A stretch of DNA of 64,000 nucleotides. It comes from Vitrella brassicaformis CCMP3155 (taxonomy: Eukaryota; Protista; Chromerida). The notes beneath the pieces are model-generated. The model made no database searches. It saw only the letters and a program-made list of their open reading frames with translations, and had not been told where the DNA came from. This document shows, in pieces, positions 1 to 11,979 of this stretch. The translations under genes and the position numbers were made by a program. The DNA lies in NCBI GenBank assembly GCA_001179505.1, contig CDMY01000264.1, forward strand, positions 79,671 to 143,670, written 5' to 3'. How positions within the stretch are numbered: the first letter of the stretch is position 1; every line of letters begins with the position of its first letter.

Positions 1-3000
1 GTCCGTTTGTGCGGGTGAAGGTTGTTGAGGGCATTGCGACGCTGGCAGACATCATGGGCCTGCTGGACGCGATGAGACACACTGATGTAGGGGACAGAGA
101 AAGAGAGAGCCCTCTCACGTATCTCTCTCCCTATGTATGTCTGTGTATGGATGGCAGGATTCAGCAGAGATAGCCTCGGCTGTCATCGCCGCATGTGACA
201 CCCTCTCCTCTCTCGGCCAGCAGGCCGTCTCGCCATCCCTCCTCAACGACATGCTCGACTTCCTCACGGCCATGTCGAAGGCCACACACCCAGCAAACAG
301 GGAGGAAGATCAAATACTGGTCGGCGAGGCGGCCGAGCGGCTTGCCATCCTAGCAGGCGAGAGCAGCTACACCCTCAGTGCTCATGAGCTTGTCACGTTT
401 CTGACCAAGCTGACTCGACTGATTCAGCCGACCAACAAGAGGAGCGCTGCACTCTTGCTGCGGATCCTGCCGGCGGTGATGGGTGCGTTGGCGAGGGAGG
501 GGGTCTTCCCCGATGACAATGAGGGCAGTACTGCAGACAACAGCAACGCGACTCAGGCTGTGGCCAGAGATGCGTTGGCTCTGATGGTGAGTGATGGGAT
601 GAAACCCCAAATATGCGGTGGATGTGAATAAGTGCTTGTATCACGTGGATGCTGCAGGAAGATGTGTACGAAAATGTGACGGCGCTGGCGTATCGATACT
701 CCCTGCCAGTGTGGTACATGCAGCACCAGTTCTCCATCTACATGCGGCAGTACACCGACGACGACATGAGACACGGCGTCGATAGGGTGGGCGTTTGAGG
801 AACAGAGACAGCGCACACGCACACACAAGAGCGATGCCTGTCCATGTCTCTCTCGCTGTTTAGGGGCGTGTTGCCATCCCCCGGCTGCCCATCGACGCCC
901 TCCGAAAATCGTACGCATACACACATGCACATACACATACACAAAAGCAATCTTCATTCATTCATTCATGCATGCAGATGCACCAAGTTGCAGAGGCTGC
1001 CCAATCCGCCAGATTGCTCCAATGTCCCCCACAACATGCACATGACGCTCGTTCAATTCCCGGCCAACCCCCTGCTGGTCAAACACAACCCAGCCAATGT
1101 CTCTGTGATCAGCGAGACCCTCACCGTCGACCTCTGGATTGACGTTATACGGGTGCCTCGTGTGAATGTGACTGCTGATGCGCCTGTAATGGTGTCGTTT
1201 ACTCTACCTGCGGGAACGCCGAGGGGCCGAGCCTTCTGCATGTACTTTGACGAGGGCAGCCAGACGTACGTGGACGCCGGATGCCGAGTGACAGCCACAA
1301 CATGGGTACGCATACCTGTATCGGTCAGAGTCAGATACTTGGGTGTGTGTGCAGGTGGTGCAGTGTGCTTGTACGCACATGTCCTCGTTCACGGCGGCGA
1401 TCGAGGCGCTGGTGCCTTTACCGGCAGAAGAGGAGGACGAGTCGCCGCCGGCATTTGACACCACCCTGCTGCTTAACATGCTGCTCGCCGGTACGTATAC
1501 ATGACTGAATGGGTGTGCGTCCATGCAACACCTCTGTGTGTGTGTGTGTGTGTGTGTGTCTCTCAGGGAACATCGGGTTTTGGTGGCTACAAAACAGGAC
1601 TGATATGTGTGTATGCATTGACATTACATATGAACACGATGTCTTTCAGGTTCACCATCGCGACTACGATGCTCTACAAGTTCCCTGTTCTCTCTTTGTG
1701 GCTGCGGGTGAGCGAGATTGCACCTCCGTGTCCATGCTCGATCATATGTCTCCGTGTGTGTGTTCAGGATCGTGTCGACTGGGCTCCCGTCGAGGACCGG
1801 CTCAAATTCTTCTTCCGTGACCGGTATCCATGTTGGTCCAGACGTCGGTCCGTCTCCCTGCAGATGCAACAGTCTTTTGCATGGATGCAGATGGGAAAGG
1901 ACTAACTACGACGTCCCCATCTGTATCTGCATACCCTTCATGAGAATTCTGGTAGGCACACACGGACACAGAGAGCGCGCATCCTGTCACGTGTATGTCA
2001 TGAGTAGGGCTGTCTGTCCGTTGGTCCGATCTACCTGAGCCGTCGGCGAGCGATTCTCTTCCCCCTGCTGCCTCTGTTCCTCATGTGGAGCCTGCTCAAG
2101 TGGCTGGCCAGGGGCTGCCGACACGCAAAGCGCAAAGAGAGAGACGCACAATCGCCAAACGATCCTGTACACACACAGACCCATAGGCAGGCAGCAAGCG
2201 CATCTGTAAATATTCTTCGTCATGTGACATTACGCATGCAGGTGTTTGAGCATCGGCGCAGGAAGCGCCAGTCGCATTACAGGGATGACTACGAGAGCGC
2301 GGCGTGGCAGTGGGACGTGTGGGACGATGAACTGCAGACCAACGACACTGGCGGACACGGTGAGTGACGAATCGACCGGTCTTTTCCTGTGCCCAGACGA
2401 GCGTGTGTCTGTGTCTCTTGACGCAGACGGTAGGATGATAGCCGCGGCCATCCAAGCAGAGCCGGAGTGGTCCTCAATAATCGACCAGGCAGGCATTCAG
2501 CCACATATACACGCCTGCACGCCTCTCTTGGTCGGTGAACTGGTGGGCTGGTGGATGGGTGGGTCAATATATGCAGGATTTGGAGATGCACGTGGCTCAG
2601 TCGGCGTCGATGAAGCCGAGCATGCAGCGGTGGCAGTCGGACGAGATTAAAAGAATGCGGTCCATGATGACGTTCGACGACAACAGAAGCGGCTGTGGAC
2701 TCGAACCCATTCACGTACGGAAACACATCAAAGTCATTCACACACGCACATACACGTCGATCCGCAATGCAGGAGGGAATCGGCGAAGACCCTGAGCAGC
2801 AGCAGCAGCAGGTTGAGGTGCGTACACAGACATGGTCGCGCTGCAGGTAAGAAACGTATCTGTATGTCCATCTGTGCAGGAGTCCGGCGAGCAGCAGCAT
2901 CTCCCTCGGTCCAAGAAGAGCGTCTTCATGCACCGATTCACCAACATGCAGAAGCAGCTCGCCGCATCACTCGCTACCGTGCGCTCTTGCAGGTGTGCAT

Positions 3001-6000
3001 CCATCCCACACAAAACGCAAACACGCGTGCGTACTTGGTTGTATGTGGCTGCCGCACCCATGGACCAACAGAGACAGGAAGGCCTTGCGAGAGAAGAAGG
3101 CTGTCAGGCCCTTCGAGCTGCACGTGCTCAAGGAGATAGAGATGCAGAAGTACGGCAAGATTGCCGATCGGCTGCAGCACACGCACGAGGGCACGAGACG
3201 CCAAAGGTTCCTCATGAGCAAGCAGCAGAAAGAGCAGGAGCGCCTCGAGCAGCTCGACATGCTCCTCACACAAGCGCAGATCGACCTCAACCTCGCCACG
3301 ACACACAACACCGAGTCCCAGAGGCGAGAGCATGCCCAGAAGAAGGAGCACGTGAGGCTGCAGAAGCTCATCGAAGAGGAAACATCCCTCCCGCCGCCCG
3401 CGGCCGTCAGCGTGCAGGTGGTTTCTGGCCTGGAGGAAGACCTCAGAGACGTCGACCTTCGCGCAATCGCCAGTAGACACGTCCGGGAGACACCAGGTAC
3501 ACATAAACAGATGAGTGCGGATGCATCGACATATGTCTGTGTGTCGTGTGTTAGGCGGTGAGGGAGAGAAGAGTCACCCGAGAGACCTGCACGAGTACCA
3601 GCGAGCGGAGGCATTCTACATGTGGGTGTCAGCAAGCGGCCGCGACCTCTGTCTACACCCCGCTTCACACTTCAGAGAGAGAAAGGTAGCTCCCAAACTC
3701 AGTTGGATACACACGAACACACAAGAATTGTGTGCGTTGGATGTGTCTCTCTCAGTGGAGAGGTTGGGTAGACTGGAGTGGGCCCCTGAAAGTGATTGAC
3801 ATTGACACCATTGAGATGATCCTGCAGGAGGATGGTGATGGAACCATCACTGAAGAGATCGAGGGGAATGGAGAGGCGGCATACAATCAACGGTCGCCGC
3901 CCATCATTGCCCTTTACGGCCGGGAGCCATTGACTCAGAAACAGCACATGTATGTGCGCCACAGACGTGCGGAAGCCCACACACAAGCGATCGGGTAGAT
4001 ATGTGCGTCTTGGTCTACACGCAGGATTCTAAAGCTGAGACCCACCAATATGGAACAAGACCAAGACACCCAAACACACGACGAGACCAATGACGCCGAG
4101 CCGAGGCGATCGTCCAAAGTGCGTTTCCATGCGTTCGTACCTTCATCCATCCCCCATACACACTGACGACTGTGTCTCTTCCATGCAGATTCCCATCTGG
4201 TTGAAGCTTTACGACTTCTTCGATCTCGCCCCGCCCCACGTCAAGAAAGACGAGCACGTGCAGACGGTGCCCAGCGGCATGACCGCTCTCGAGCGCTTCC
4301 TCTTCGCGGCCAAGCACTCGCGCGAGAGCGCCATGAAGGCGTGGAAGGAGCTGTCACTGAGCGGCGGGCAGCAGGTGGAGAGGCGGCCGGAGCAGCAGAC
4401 GAGCTGGTTCACTTACGAGGGACCTCTCCCTTGCTCGGCGTGCTTCTGTAAGCCTGTCCATCTGTCAACGGTGAAAAGGCTTGACACCCTTTCTGCTGCT
4501 CTGCTGCCTTCAGGTCTTGTCAACGGCAAGCCAGCACATCTCTGGTGGACACATGACGGCTTGGTTAGTGACACTCACAAGGACACAAAGGATGCGTGAC
4601 ATCCATTTGTGTGTGTGTGTCGGCACAGGTGCTCAACACAGAGAAGGTGGATGCATCGGAGCTGCTGCCTGGCCCAGAGGGGGAAGAGGGACATGCAGAG
4701 ACACAGGGAGAAGAAAGGAGAGAGTTGATCCACGGCCACTTCCTTGAAGACATTGTCGATGTCAGCGAGCAAGCCGGCAATGTGCACCTGACCTTCAAGG
4801 ACCAGGCCGAGATGACGGTGAGTGGACAGGCACACACACGAAGGGCGATCATGTCTCACTGGTGTGGTCTCATTCTTGCGTTGCATCTTCTGGCCGGTCA
4901 GATCACCTTCCTGGACGCCCTGTCAGCTGATGGCTTTGCCCGGCTCGTCCGACACCTGCAGAAAGTGGTCTCTGCATGCACAATTACGTCAAGCATGTCC
5001 ACGTGTACATTGGCTGATTTCCTGCAGGTGTTGCAAGCCCTGACAGCCGCGCCAGCTGACGCATCGACCAATGCAGGCGATGTCACCCATAGGTCGGCCG
5101 TCACGTCGATCGTCACCGCCACACCGAGAATGCTGGAGCCTCCCGAGCCGTACGTGGCGCAAAATCTGCAGGTGCGAGAATACGCATGTGTCCAGCGTGA
5201 CAGAGAGCAGGGTTGGCTGTGTGTCAGGCTGAGGCGATTGCAGGTCGGTTGCGATATCAGCGGTGGAAGAATCGGAAGATATTTGACCACGTCGTGAGGC
5301 GAGATCACCCCCTGCTTTCCGTGTACGTACGGAAGAGACACGATCATAAGAGAACAGAACAGACACAGTGTGTATCGATTCAGGCTTGCGTATGATCCCT
5401 TCATCACGCGTGCGCAGCGGTTTGCTGTGCTGGAGGCTTCGCTGATCGGCATCCTGCTGTGGGCGTCGCTCTTCTACAGGAATGAGTGCTCACTGGCGAA
5501 AGAGGTGGGATACCCATGTCTCCACGTGTATGATTGGGTGTACATGTCTGTATGTGTGTGTGTGAGTTTGGCTGGCAGATCGATGACTATCACACCCACC
5601 TGACCAATCTGTGCTCGACGCCGTCAGTCTCCTACATGTACGTGAGGCCCAGACACACACAGCCAATACCCGCACAACGCTTCCGTGTGTGCCGGTATGC
5701 ACTGTGCAGGCCGAGTGTCGAGTCAATACTCGTCAGTCTGCGGTCGACGGCCCTCTCCCTGCTCGTACCAACTATCCTCTACGGGCTTTTCTCCAAATTT
5801 ATCATCGAGGTAAGCCACCCACACAACGGTAAGAGACACACGAGTCATATACGGAGGGTTTGGTACATGCACCCACAGGATTTGCTGCTGCCGGCTGAGA
5901 AGTCGTTCCAAATGCGTAGTTGGGAAATGATGGACATCGCTGGATGGACACTGTGGACCACGTGGAATATCTCGTGTGTTGTGTGGCTCATCATCTTTGT

Positions 6001-6705
6001 CATGGTAAGAGCGAGTATATGCAGACATGAATGGAGGGAAAGAAAACGGGAGTGTTTGTGTGCTGACAATGTGTGTCTCATTTGTACAGGGTGTGGACGA
6101 TGGCCTGATGGGCCAGTGGATATGGGCGTCGTCACTTGGGCTCGCATACAGGCAAATGCACACGGGACACACACTCACCCTCACACATGTGCATCCATGT
6201 CTCTCTTGTTCCATCAATGCGTCAATTTCAGGCTTGTGTTGATCCCTGGGCTGAGCATCCTGTGCGTCACGGCCATCCTGATCCTCACCAAATACATCTC
6301 TGTGTTGGACCCCATCATCCTGCTGGTGCCCTCTCTCGTAGACTTCCCGCACTCCAGCAGACGTAGAAGGCGAAAGCAGCTCCCCACGCCCGACTATGTA
6401 CGCATCGATTCCCCACCCACAGACGCAACACACGTATATGCGCTCCCGCGTGTTCGCAGATCGAGCACAAGAAAGATGACCTCGAGCATGGCGAGCAGCA
6501 GGATCCACTGGTCAACGACTCCCCATTGAGTCAGGAGAGCCCTTCTCTCGGATCATCCGAGCAGGAAGAGTTGCATGGCGTAGTGAGGCCGGCAGATCAC
6601 ACAAGGCTCTCGCCGACCACACACGGCAGACGGCCGTCCAACACAGATAGGCGCCAGTCGGACAGCGCACGGGTGTCAGTGCGCAGCTCGCTGGGCGAAA
6701 TATGA
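1..6705 (+). CDS. Polycystin-1-like (REJ-GAIN/GPS-multi-TM) membrane receptor, 3' part; 5' end lies outside the window; ~25 exons
   Basis: GPS motif CACTHMSSF at 1364-1390, preceded by CMYFDEGSQTYVDAGCRVT. PKD1-type TM segment HPLLSVYV..YDPFITRAQRFAVLEASLIGILLWASLFY at ~5300-5480, then further hydrophobic exons. Colinear similarity to the paralog at 31140-44279. Predicted stop TGA at 6703-6705 after splicing at 6408/6460. Confidence 0.8.
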
Positions 6706-6845
6706 TCTGGAGTAGCTGCATCCGTGTCGGTAGCGTTTGGTACCCAGGTAGATACACGATAGCGGGAGAGAGAGGTACAGACAACTGGATGAGTGTAGTC
6801 AGCCGGGAGTTCATTTGCGTTCATGGTTTCACAATGTGGTAGACA

Positions 6846-9470
6846 CTATTTCGCACTCCTGATGCAGTCCAGCGGTTGTTGATAAGCAACTATGTGTGTG
6901 TCTTCATGTCCAATCGAGTCACTGATAGCAGACAATGGCCTGATGCTGAAAACGCACATACTAGAAAGGATGTCTATTTGCATCGCAAAAGACGCCCGGC
7001 AGCACTCGCCCTGCTCGGCCCTTCCGCTTGCTACCTCGACACCAAGCGTGTTTCGGAGCTCGCGGCAAAAGTCGCGCAGATCTTCGATGATTGCGCCAGC
7101 TGCCTGTCGAGCTGTCGGTCTGATAAGTGCATGAGGTCTGATAAGCTCATGCAATCCATGTCTCTCTCTACTACTCTCTACGAGTGCGCTTACACTATAT
7201 GTACACGGGCACTTAGGGCAGCACCTGTTCCAGAGTGTCTGGCACCAAGTTGGACAACACTTGGCGCACATAGGGCAGCACGTCCGTGTGGTGGTGGCGG
7301 TGGGAGGGGCAGCACGTCCGTGTCGGTTGCGGCATGGACACTGGCAGGTCAAAGCAGGGCAGCGACAGCAGTCGGCCGGCCGGTTGTCCCATGCCTGGGC
7401 GGTCGCTCGTCCCCCGCGGCAGAGGATTGTCTCTCCTCGAGTGAAAGGCTGCACAAAGGACATACATACAGCATGTATGTCTGCTTGAGTCTCTCCCGTG
7501 CAATCGAGTCTATGCCCACCTATTCTGCATTTGTTGAAGTCCCGCCTCAGGTGGTGTGGGGGGCGAGACATGATCGGCCCTGCCGGCATTGGGCAGCGAC
7601 CGCCACCATTCCTCCGTGTCGTCGTTGTCCATGGAGAATGGCACCTCACTCAAATGCACCCGCATCTGTGTGAGTGTGTGTGTGGCTGTCTGTCGGTGTG
7701 AGTAGGTCTGTTGGGTTTTCCCGACCTAATGCACTGCTGGCATAAACGACACACACATGAGTGAGCAGAGATAATAATGCGTCAGAGGGAGGCCTGAAAG
7801 CAGAATAATGAGCAAGTGTTCGAGTGTTCAGGTAACATTTCTCTTTTCTACGCGACTTACGGAAGGTAAGCAAACACATGACAATCCCACAGCCTATCCG
7901 TCCACCAGGTACTGCAAGCAGACGTCATAGTTAAAGGCCGCCAATTCTACAACGGACAAAATACAAACACATGCTAACATATGTTCTTTGTCATCCCTGT
8001 TGTTAGCTTAACGCGGCACTCACACTGATATCGGATACACCAATCTCTTTGTTGGGTCTGTCTCGTGTCTGAATGAGTTGTGTTTGTCTTCGCTGTTGTT
8101 GTGTCGATATGGCTCCTAAAAACTCTCCACTTCGGATTCTATAATCCGCGTCTCGTAACAGATGCAGCATAATTTGAGCCTCATGTGTGCATTAGAGTTT
8201 CGAGCGATCTCACTTGTAGAACACCTCTTCATCTTCGATGGCGGCGAGCCCTTCACGAAGCTGCAGAAAAGATGAGAAGATCGATTGAAATATGGTGAGG
8301 CAGAATATAATACGACGACTGACAATATGAGAGATGTTCTCGCGCAGCTAAAAAAGTCGGTCGTATCGCTCTTGATCAAATTCGGTCTGAAAAATGATGT
8401 GCGCGCCCTTCTCAGGAGGCCCTTCTCAGGAGGCAGGGCCATATCAATGAGCCACTCGCCTCCTCGAGAAAGGGCCAACCTCATGTCTTCGAGCACTCCA
8501 AGCCCCCTGAGCAGAAAGATGATATGTGAATGTGCCAGCACCGTCTCAGATTCCTTACGCTGCGCGCAAATGAAGAAGTCTTGTCGTACATCAATCCTTT
8601 CTTAGGGTCCGCACGCCTGAAAAATAAAGCTCAGAAGCCGTATGAGAACCCTTTCTTCAGCCTGATGGCTGATCAAGGCGATGAAGGCACCACAGCCAAA
8701 GCCAAAGCCGAGAGACATTCCCACTGTCGCGCTGACGTCCTTTGGTTTGTCAGTTGACGCTCTATGAAAGGTAGATAAACACAGCTTCATGGCCATTTTG
8801 TGTGTCCACGGCATATATACCTCAGCTGCTGCATAAGCCTTGCGATTGTCTCATCATTTTCGCAATCTTCGTGTCTGCCACCGGATGGAGACACAAACAC
8901 AGATTCGAGACATCCCGGTATTGTGGGATTCATTGCTCGCTCACGTGTCTGTCGCATGCCCCTCGCGGCCACTGCAGCGGACCACAGGAGGCGCGCCCTT
9001 GTCCTCAAGATTGACCTTCTGCAGGGAGAGCGAACCTCGAAGGAGGCGAGACACAGCGGCAGCGCTTTCTTTACTGAGATGATTCCCTGTCAAAACAAGG
9101 GACGCACACATATCTCTGTTTTGCATGTCTCTGTCAGCGATTTGTCAGTGCTGACTGACCTGATAGCGACGCCCGCGTCCAATTGAGTTTGCAGCTGCCC
9201 AAATCTGCATACAAATCTGAGACAACCGCAACCACCGAAAGGCGATTTTGAACGGCTTTGAGGCGGCCGAGATCCACAGACGGCTGGGAAGCAATTGCTG
9301 GGAAGCCAAGCGTCATTGTTTCTTGTCTTCTCACCATGGTCCTTTCACACTCACACCCAACATCTGGCTGGCAGTTGACCGAAAAAGGGCACTCATGCAT
9401 GGATTCGTTCACCTCTTTGTCATCTCTCCCTGATTCCTTCCCAACACACACACGCCACCTATCGACACTC
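6846..9470 (-). CDS. Hypothetical multi-exon protein with a ribonuclease-inhibitor-like LRR segment; boundaries uncertain
   Basis: Minus-strand GT..AG introns flank exons reading DLGSCKLNWTRASLS|GNHLSKESAAAVSRLLRGSLSLQKVNLEDKG (LRR-like) and LREGLAAIEDEEVFYK. A long terminal ORF runs 6846-7250. I could not build a complete model. Confidence 0.3.
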
Positions 9471-9700
9471 ACTTCTCACGTGCACGCAATAAGGTATGCA
9501 TCATGACGCATGTATCGCATGGGGAGGGACATGGACGAATGCAGCCAAAACCGACCAACAAAACACATGCAGCAAAGGCCAAAAAGCTTGCTGGCGCTTC
9601 TCTCTCCCCCCTTCTGCGTCTGCTCTCCCCTCGTCCGTCCATCAGGACACTGCAAACTAAATTAAGGAAGGCGATCTCCCTTGTGCTGGTACTTCGTTCG

Positions 9701-11758
9701 TCAGTCAACCAACCAGTCTCCCTTTCCCCCCCTCTCGCCATCAACACCGGTCGCATTGTTGGTCCCCTTGTCACAGAAGAAGTCGCTCCCCCCCATGGCG
9801 GCCAGCTTGCTCTCCATCCCAGATGTGATTTCTTTCGCCATCGTCTGGCAATAGGACGTGACGGGGACGAGTTCGTAATACGACACGCCGTCTTTGGTGA
9901 TGCCCTGCGAGGTGCGGGTCACTCGGAAGGGCTCGCCCAGCAACAAGCCTAGCTCCTCAGTGCCGAAAAACGCCCTGGACACATACACGCGTTCACAGAG
10001 GCGTTTGTGTGTCTGCATCCATCCATCATCTGTCTGTCTTGTGACTGACCAGCTGATCATGGCGATAGAGAACGGAATGTAGTAAGGAGCCTCGCTGCCT
10101 GCAAGAACCAGGGGCAAAGTCATAACGCCGATCGACAGTATGCGACTGGTATGCCGAGCATAAACCGGCGGCACAGGGGTCTTCGCCAGTCGTTCGCCGT
10201 CCCCTACCGCACGCTCAAGCGCACTGATGTAGTCAGCCATCTGGGAATACACCGCTGGGCCGTAATTCTCATTGTGTCCGCTCCAGAAGCCGAACTCGTC
10301 TTTCTCCATCTCCCTGCTGGCCGGAGGGAAGGTGGGAAACGACGCTGTGCTGGGAGTGAGCAGCTCGTTGGTGTAGGAGGGGGCTGTGGGCGATGGTGGG
10401 GTGTCGTCAGATGCCGACGAGGCTCTTGTGGATGGAGGGGGGACGATTAGAGGGTTGCTCAGGGTCTCGCGCGTCAACAGAGTCAGCTTGCTGCACACTG
10501 CACACACGGACACGATCCACATCGAGTGTGTGTGTGTGTGTATGTGTGCAGTGGCCCGGCAGGCAGACACACACGTGTGTGTGCGTGGGTGACCCACCTG
10601 CGAGCGGTTTGTTTCGTTGGTTTAGGTTGAAGAGCTCCCGCATCTCTTTGGCGTTGATCAGTGGCGAGAACTCTGTTAAGTCGCTCTCCTGACGCAAATG
10701 CTGCTTGAGCGCCACGCCATACGCAGCCGTGAACCTGTGTGTGGTTGACACAAGACACAAGACCAACGAAGATGACATTTCATGGGAAGACAATCGACAA
10801 CCGATTCGGCACGGTCAAGTGTGTGTCCTCACCTGAGCATGTTTGCCCGCAGATCGGAGTTGTCGACGAAGGTTGTGGTGAGCCGCTTGATGCCCCTGCA
10901 GTTGTTGATGACGGTCGACCACAGCTCCACTGCCTGCAGGAAGCGATCGTACGACTGCTGGATGCGGAAAGCCAACAGCAGACCTGCCACACACACACAC
11001 GCCACAACTACATCATCCGCACACACACACGGATAGCGGCTGGCTCACCCAGGACGCTTCCGAGCAATGCATGCGGCAGTGGTGTGAGCGTAGGCAGCTG
11101 GGGGTACTTCCAGTAGACAGTGGCAATCACCATCGACCAAGCTACATTGAACAGCATGTGGTTGGATATTCGCCGCAAGATCCGCGAATTGGGCAGCGTG
11201 ATGAGCGACGCGGGCCACGAAAAGTCAGTCGACCACGAAAACTCTGAACACAAGCAAGCAAGCAAGCAAGCAAGCACGTGACAGCGAGATGCATTGCACA
11301 GCCGGCGTGTGCGTGCCGTGGGCTCTGCGCGTACCGTCGTAATCGAGTGTGGACGTCCATTCAATCAGTGGCCGGACAATAGGGTCTCGGTATATCAGCG
11401 GCTTGGTTGCATTGACCGCCCCCGTCTCGTTCCTCTCATCACCCTCGGCAGCCGTCGCATTATCCAAGATGCTGGCTGCTCTAATGCCATCCTCGAGAAT
11501 CCTCGGCCACGCCGACCACCTTTTTCGCTCATCGACCACACCTGTTGTCGGGTGAGAGTTGGGGACTGTGCTAGACTGCTGCTCGGTGGTCGGCTGGGCC
11601 GTCTGAGGGGACTGGGAAGAAGACGCGAGCAGCCGAGAGAGGCGACTCCTTCCTCGAAAGACGACTGTCGGACGAGAAGGCGCGGATGCAGGCAAGAAGG
11701 CGGTGGCGGCTCCGGCAGAGAGTAGCAGCGCAGCCACAAGCCTCACCAGTAACAGCAT
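9701..11758 (-). CDS. Bestrophin-like (Bestrophin_2/UPF0187, VCCN1/BST-type) anion channel with bipartite plastid-targeting N-terminus
   Basis: Motifs LLLAFRIQQSYDRF..W, GERLAKTPVPPVYARHTSRILS and GTEELGLLLGEPF. N-terminus MLLLVRLVAALLLSAGAATA-FLPASAPSRP.. is a signal peptide + Phe + Ser/Arg-rich transit peptide. ATG at 11758. Confidence 0.85.
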
Positions 11759-11909
11759 CGTCAACACAGGCTGGCGCAAAAGAGAGAGAAGAAAGACGAT
11801 GCGGGTGCAGCGACTGTTGCTGAAGAAAGCTTCCTTGCCTTCTTTTGTCGCTGCTCATCACCCAAACAGCACGGCGACCTCAGAGATCTCCACTGCGATC
11901 TGAAATCAA

Positions 11910-11918
11910 AAGCTCGCA
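11910..11918 (+). promoter_or_regulatory. AAGCTCGCA motif in the bidirectional promoter between bestrophin and aminotransferase
   Basis: Lies within CAAAAGCTCGCAA, a 13-mer identical to 44473-44485. Recurs in the other divergent promoters. Confidence 0.5.
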
Positions 11919-11979
11919 ACAGCAAGGAGGGAAGAAAAAAGGCCAAGGCCCGAGATTTGGTGAGTCACAGTGCACCCGA

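Noticed and set aside
1598-1612. Apparent non-canonical GA splice donor in the PKD1-like gene
   Set aside because: A canonical GT donor a few bases downstream (..ACTGATAT|GTGTGT) restores the frame (QNRTDM|FTIATT).
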